In this document: positions 62,311 to 64,000 of the stretch, piece after piece
Layout of the letters: each line of letters begins with the position of its first letter
How positions within the stretch are numbered: the stretch's first letter is position 1
Origin: Mobula hypostoma
Taxonomy: Eukaryota
Length of the DNA: 64,000 bases
Direction of reading: 5' to 3'
NCBI RefSeq assembly: GCF_963921235.1
Contig: NC_086097.1
Location: forward strand, 213,220,001 to 213,284,000
Notes under the pieces: model-generated
Database searches by the model: none
What the model was told of the DNA's origin: nothing
The model's input: the letters and a program-made list of their open reading frames with translations, nothing else
Translations under genes and position numbers: made by a program

Positions 62311-64000
62311 AAAAACTAAAAGGCAAGGGAATCAAACTGATACGAATGATTTATGAAGTTTTTTCACTGTTGTATGCTTTTTCTTTTCTTCCCTCCCCCA
62401 CCTGTAAAATAAAGCATGCAAGTTGTGTGTGCACAACAACTTTTCATATGATTTGTGCCAATAACCTGGATCTTCAGATATCAGCAGGATTAATTTAAAA
62501 TGACACTTGCATCTCAAACAGCAAAAGTCTCAAAATAGTACCAAACCTTAACTGGTGAATTCTATTTTTCATAGTGATTTCAAAGATACTTAAAAAAAAT
62601 GCAAGCAGGTTTTGCCTCAGAGGAAGTTTTCAGTGACTAATGCAAAATTAAGTTACTTTGATGAAAATGATTTAGTTCTTGGAAGCCAGCAGAGCAAGTC
62701 ATGTTTAACTACTGTCACTGAATTTTTTTGAGTTAAGTGATGAGGATGCTATTATTGTATATAGAGAGTTTCAAAAGCTGTTTTTTAAATAAGTGGCTCA
62801 TAATGGTATGTCAGCAAGGTTGAATTAAATAGGCAACAGCACCAGGAATAAAATGCCGACAATAACAGTGAACTGTCTTTTGGTGAGCAGTTGATTTTTT
62901 AGGCTGTAGGAAGGTAGATAGTGATATTTTTCAACTATCAATTATTAATTAGATTGGGTGCACAGGATAAATTCACATTTTGAAGACTGCATTTTGATGG
63001 TACTATGAGAATAGTTTCACCATTCAAAGAAGGGTTTGGGATTGAACACTTATGGAAGATAAACAAAAGTAAGATGGAGTAGGCGGAAAATGACAGGGCT
63101 ACTACAAAAAAAGAGTGGGGACTGAGTTGCTTTTGCAAAATACCAGCAAAGACTTGAAGGGTTGAATGCCTGCCTTGTTTGCTGTTACTCTTCATGGTTT
63201 TGTGTGCAGTGCATCAGTTCTGTTGAATGATACCAAGTTGCTTTTATATTTTGCTCTTCAAAAGAAATTGTGCGTAACATACTTTTGAAACTTTAAGTGG
63301 CATCTGTGGCTGTATTTTAGGAATCCAATATCCTCTTAAAAACAGATGAAAGAAACCTCAAGTACAGTGACATTTATCGTGGAATAATATTATTGTAAGA
63401 TTTTAGAAAATTTATGATGTGGTTAAACATAATGGAATAGGTTGCACAGATTAAGCCAGTATTGTCAATATTAGTAGATTGTTTATAGTGATGGAGATAT
63501 TTAATATTGTTGAGTGGTTTTACAGATTGTTACTGCATATAGAGTACCTGAAGAACGAAGTGACTATTTTGTTTGGCTAATGTAAGTAGCATAAGCAACC
63601 AAAATTGATGAGTAGAGATTCAGATCAGATATGAAAATGACTAGGCTGAACATTCTAGTGGACTGGTCCTTCCTTCAGCTTCGTAAAAACAACAACTATG
63701 GAGTATTGTGTGAAAAATCTCATTGCTGAATGAACACACAATGATTTTGGTCTCATTAGCAAAAAAAAAGCAGATGATATACCCAGGCCTTCATAGCCTT
63801 TAGTCATGTTGGGGAGAAAAGAAATTTGACATGGACTATGGGTAGTACAGCTCTAGTTAGATGAGGCTTGCAGAGAAATGCAGTGCATTAATGCTTTATT
63901 TGTAATTACTTTGGTGTTCTTAAAGCAACTTTATAAATGAACATGAAAATATGGAATTTTAATCACCTTCAGTCAATATTTTCTTTATCAAAATTCAAGG

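Overview
Eukaryotic (vertebrate) genomic DNA, most likely from a cartilaginous fish; this is inferred from the HE1/V-SINE-like SINEs and the CR1 and Penelope families present. About 61 kb is repeat-dense intergenic sequence lying upstream of a CpG island and the first coding exon of a RAB2 GTPase gene (RAB2A-type, MAYAYLFKYIIIGDT|G, 61133-61178, + strand); intron 1 runs to the end of the window. No other host gene is supportable. The intergenic part is a stack of decayed mobile elements: CR1 LINEs (one near full length), Rex1/Babar LINEs, an RTE LINE, Penelope-like elements (PLEs), Gypsy fragments, a solo LTR, hAT, PIF/Harbinger and Tc1 DNA transposon derivatives, and tRNA-derived SINEs. Highlights: (1) a fragmented, RT-deleted endogenous retrovirus (about 41.0-47.0 kb, - strand) whose gag, protease, tether, RNase H and integrase motifs resemble class III ERV-L; (2) about 14 copies of a minimal type I hammerhead ribozyme motif in PLE termini, with a recurrent A6C core variant; (3) a size series of palindromic PLE insertions, the smallest of which invert at the ribozyme; (4) a four-level nested insertion (PLE > CR1 > CR1 > PLE) with readable target-site duplications (TSDs). 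All family assignments come from motifs recognised by eye; no database search was run, and boundaries of old elements are approximate.
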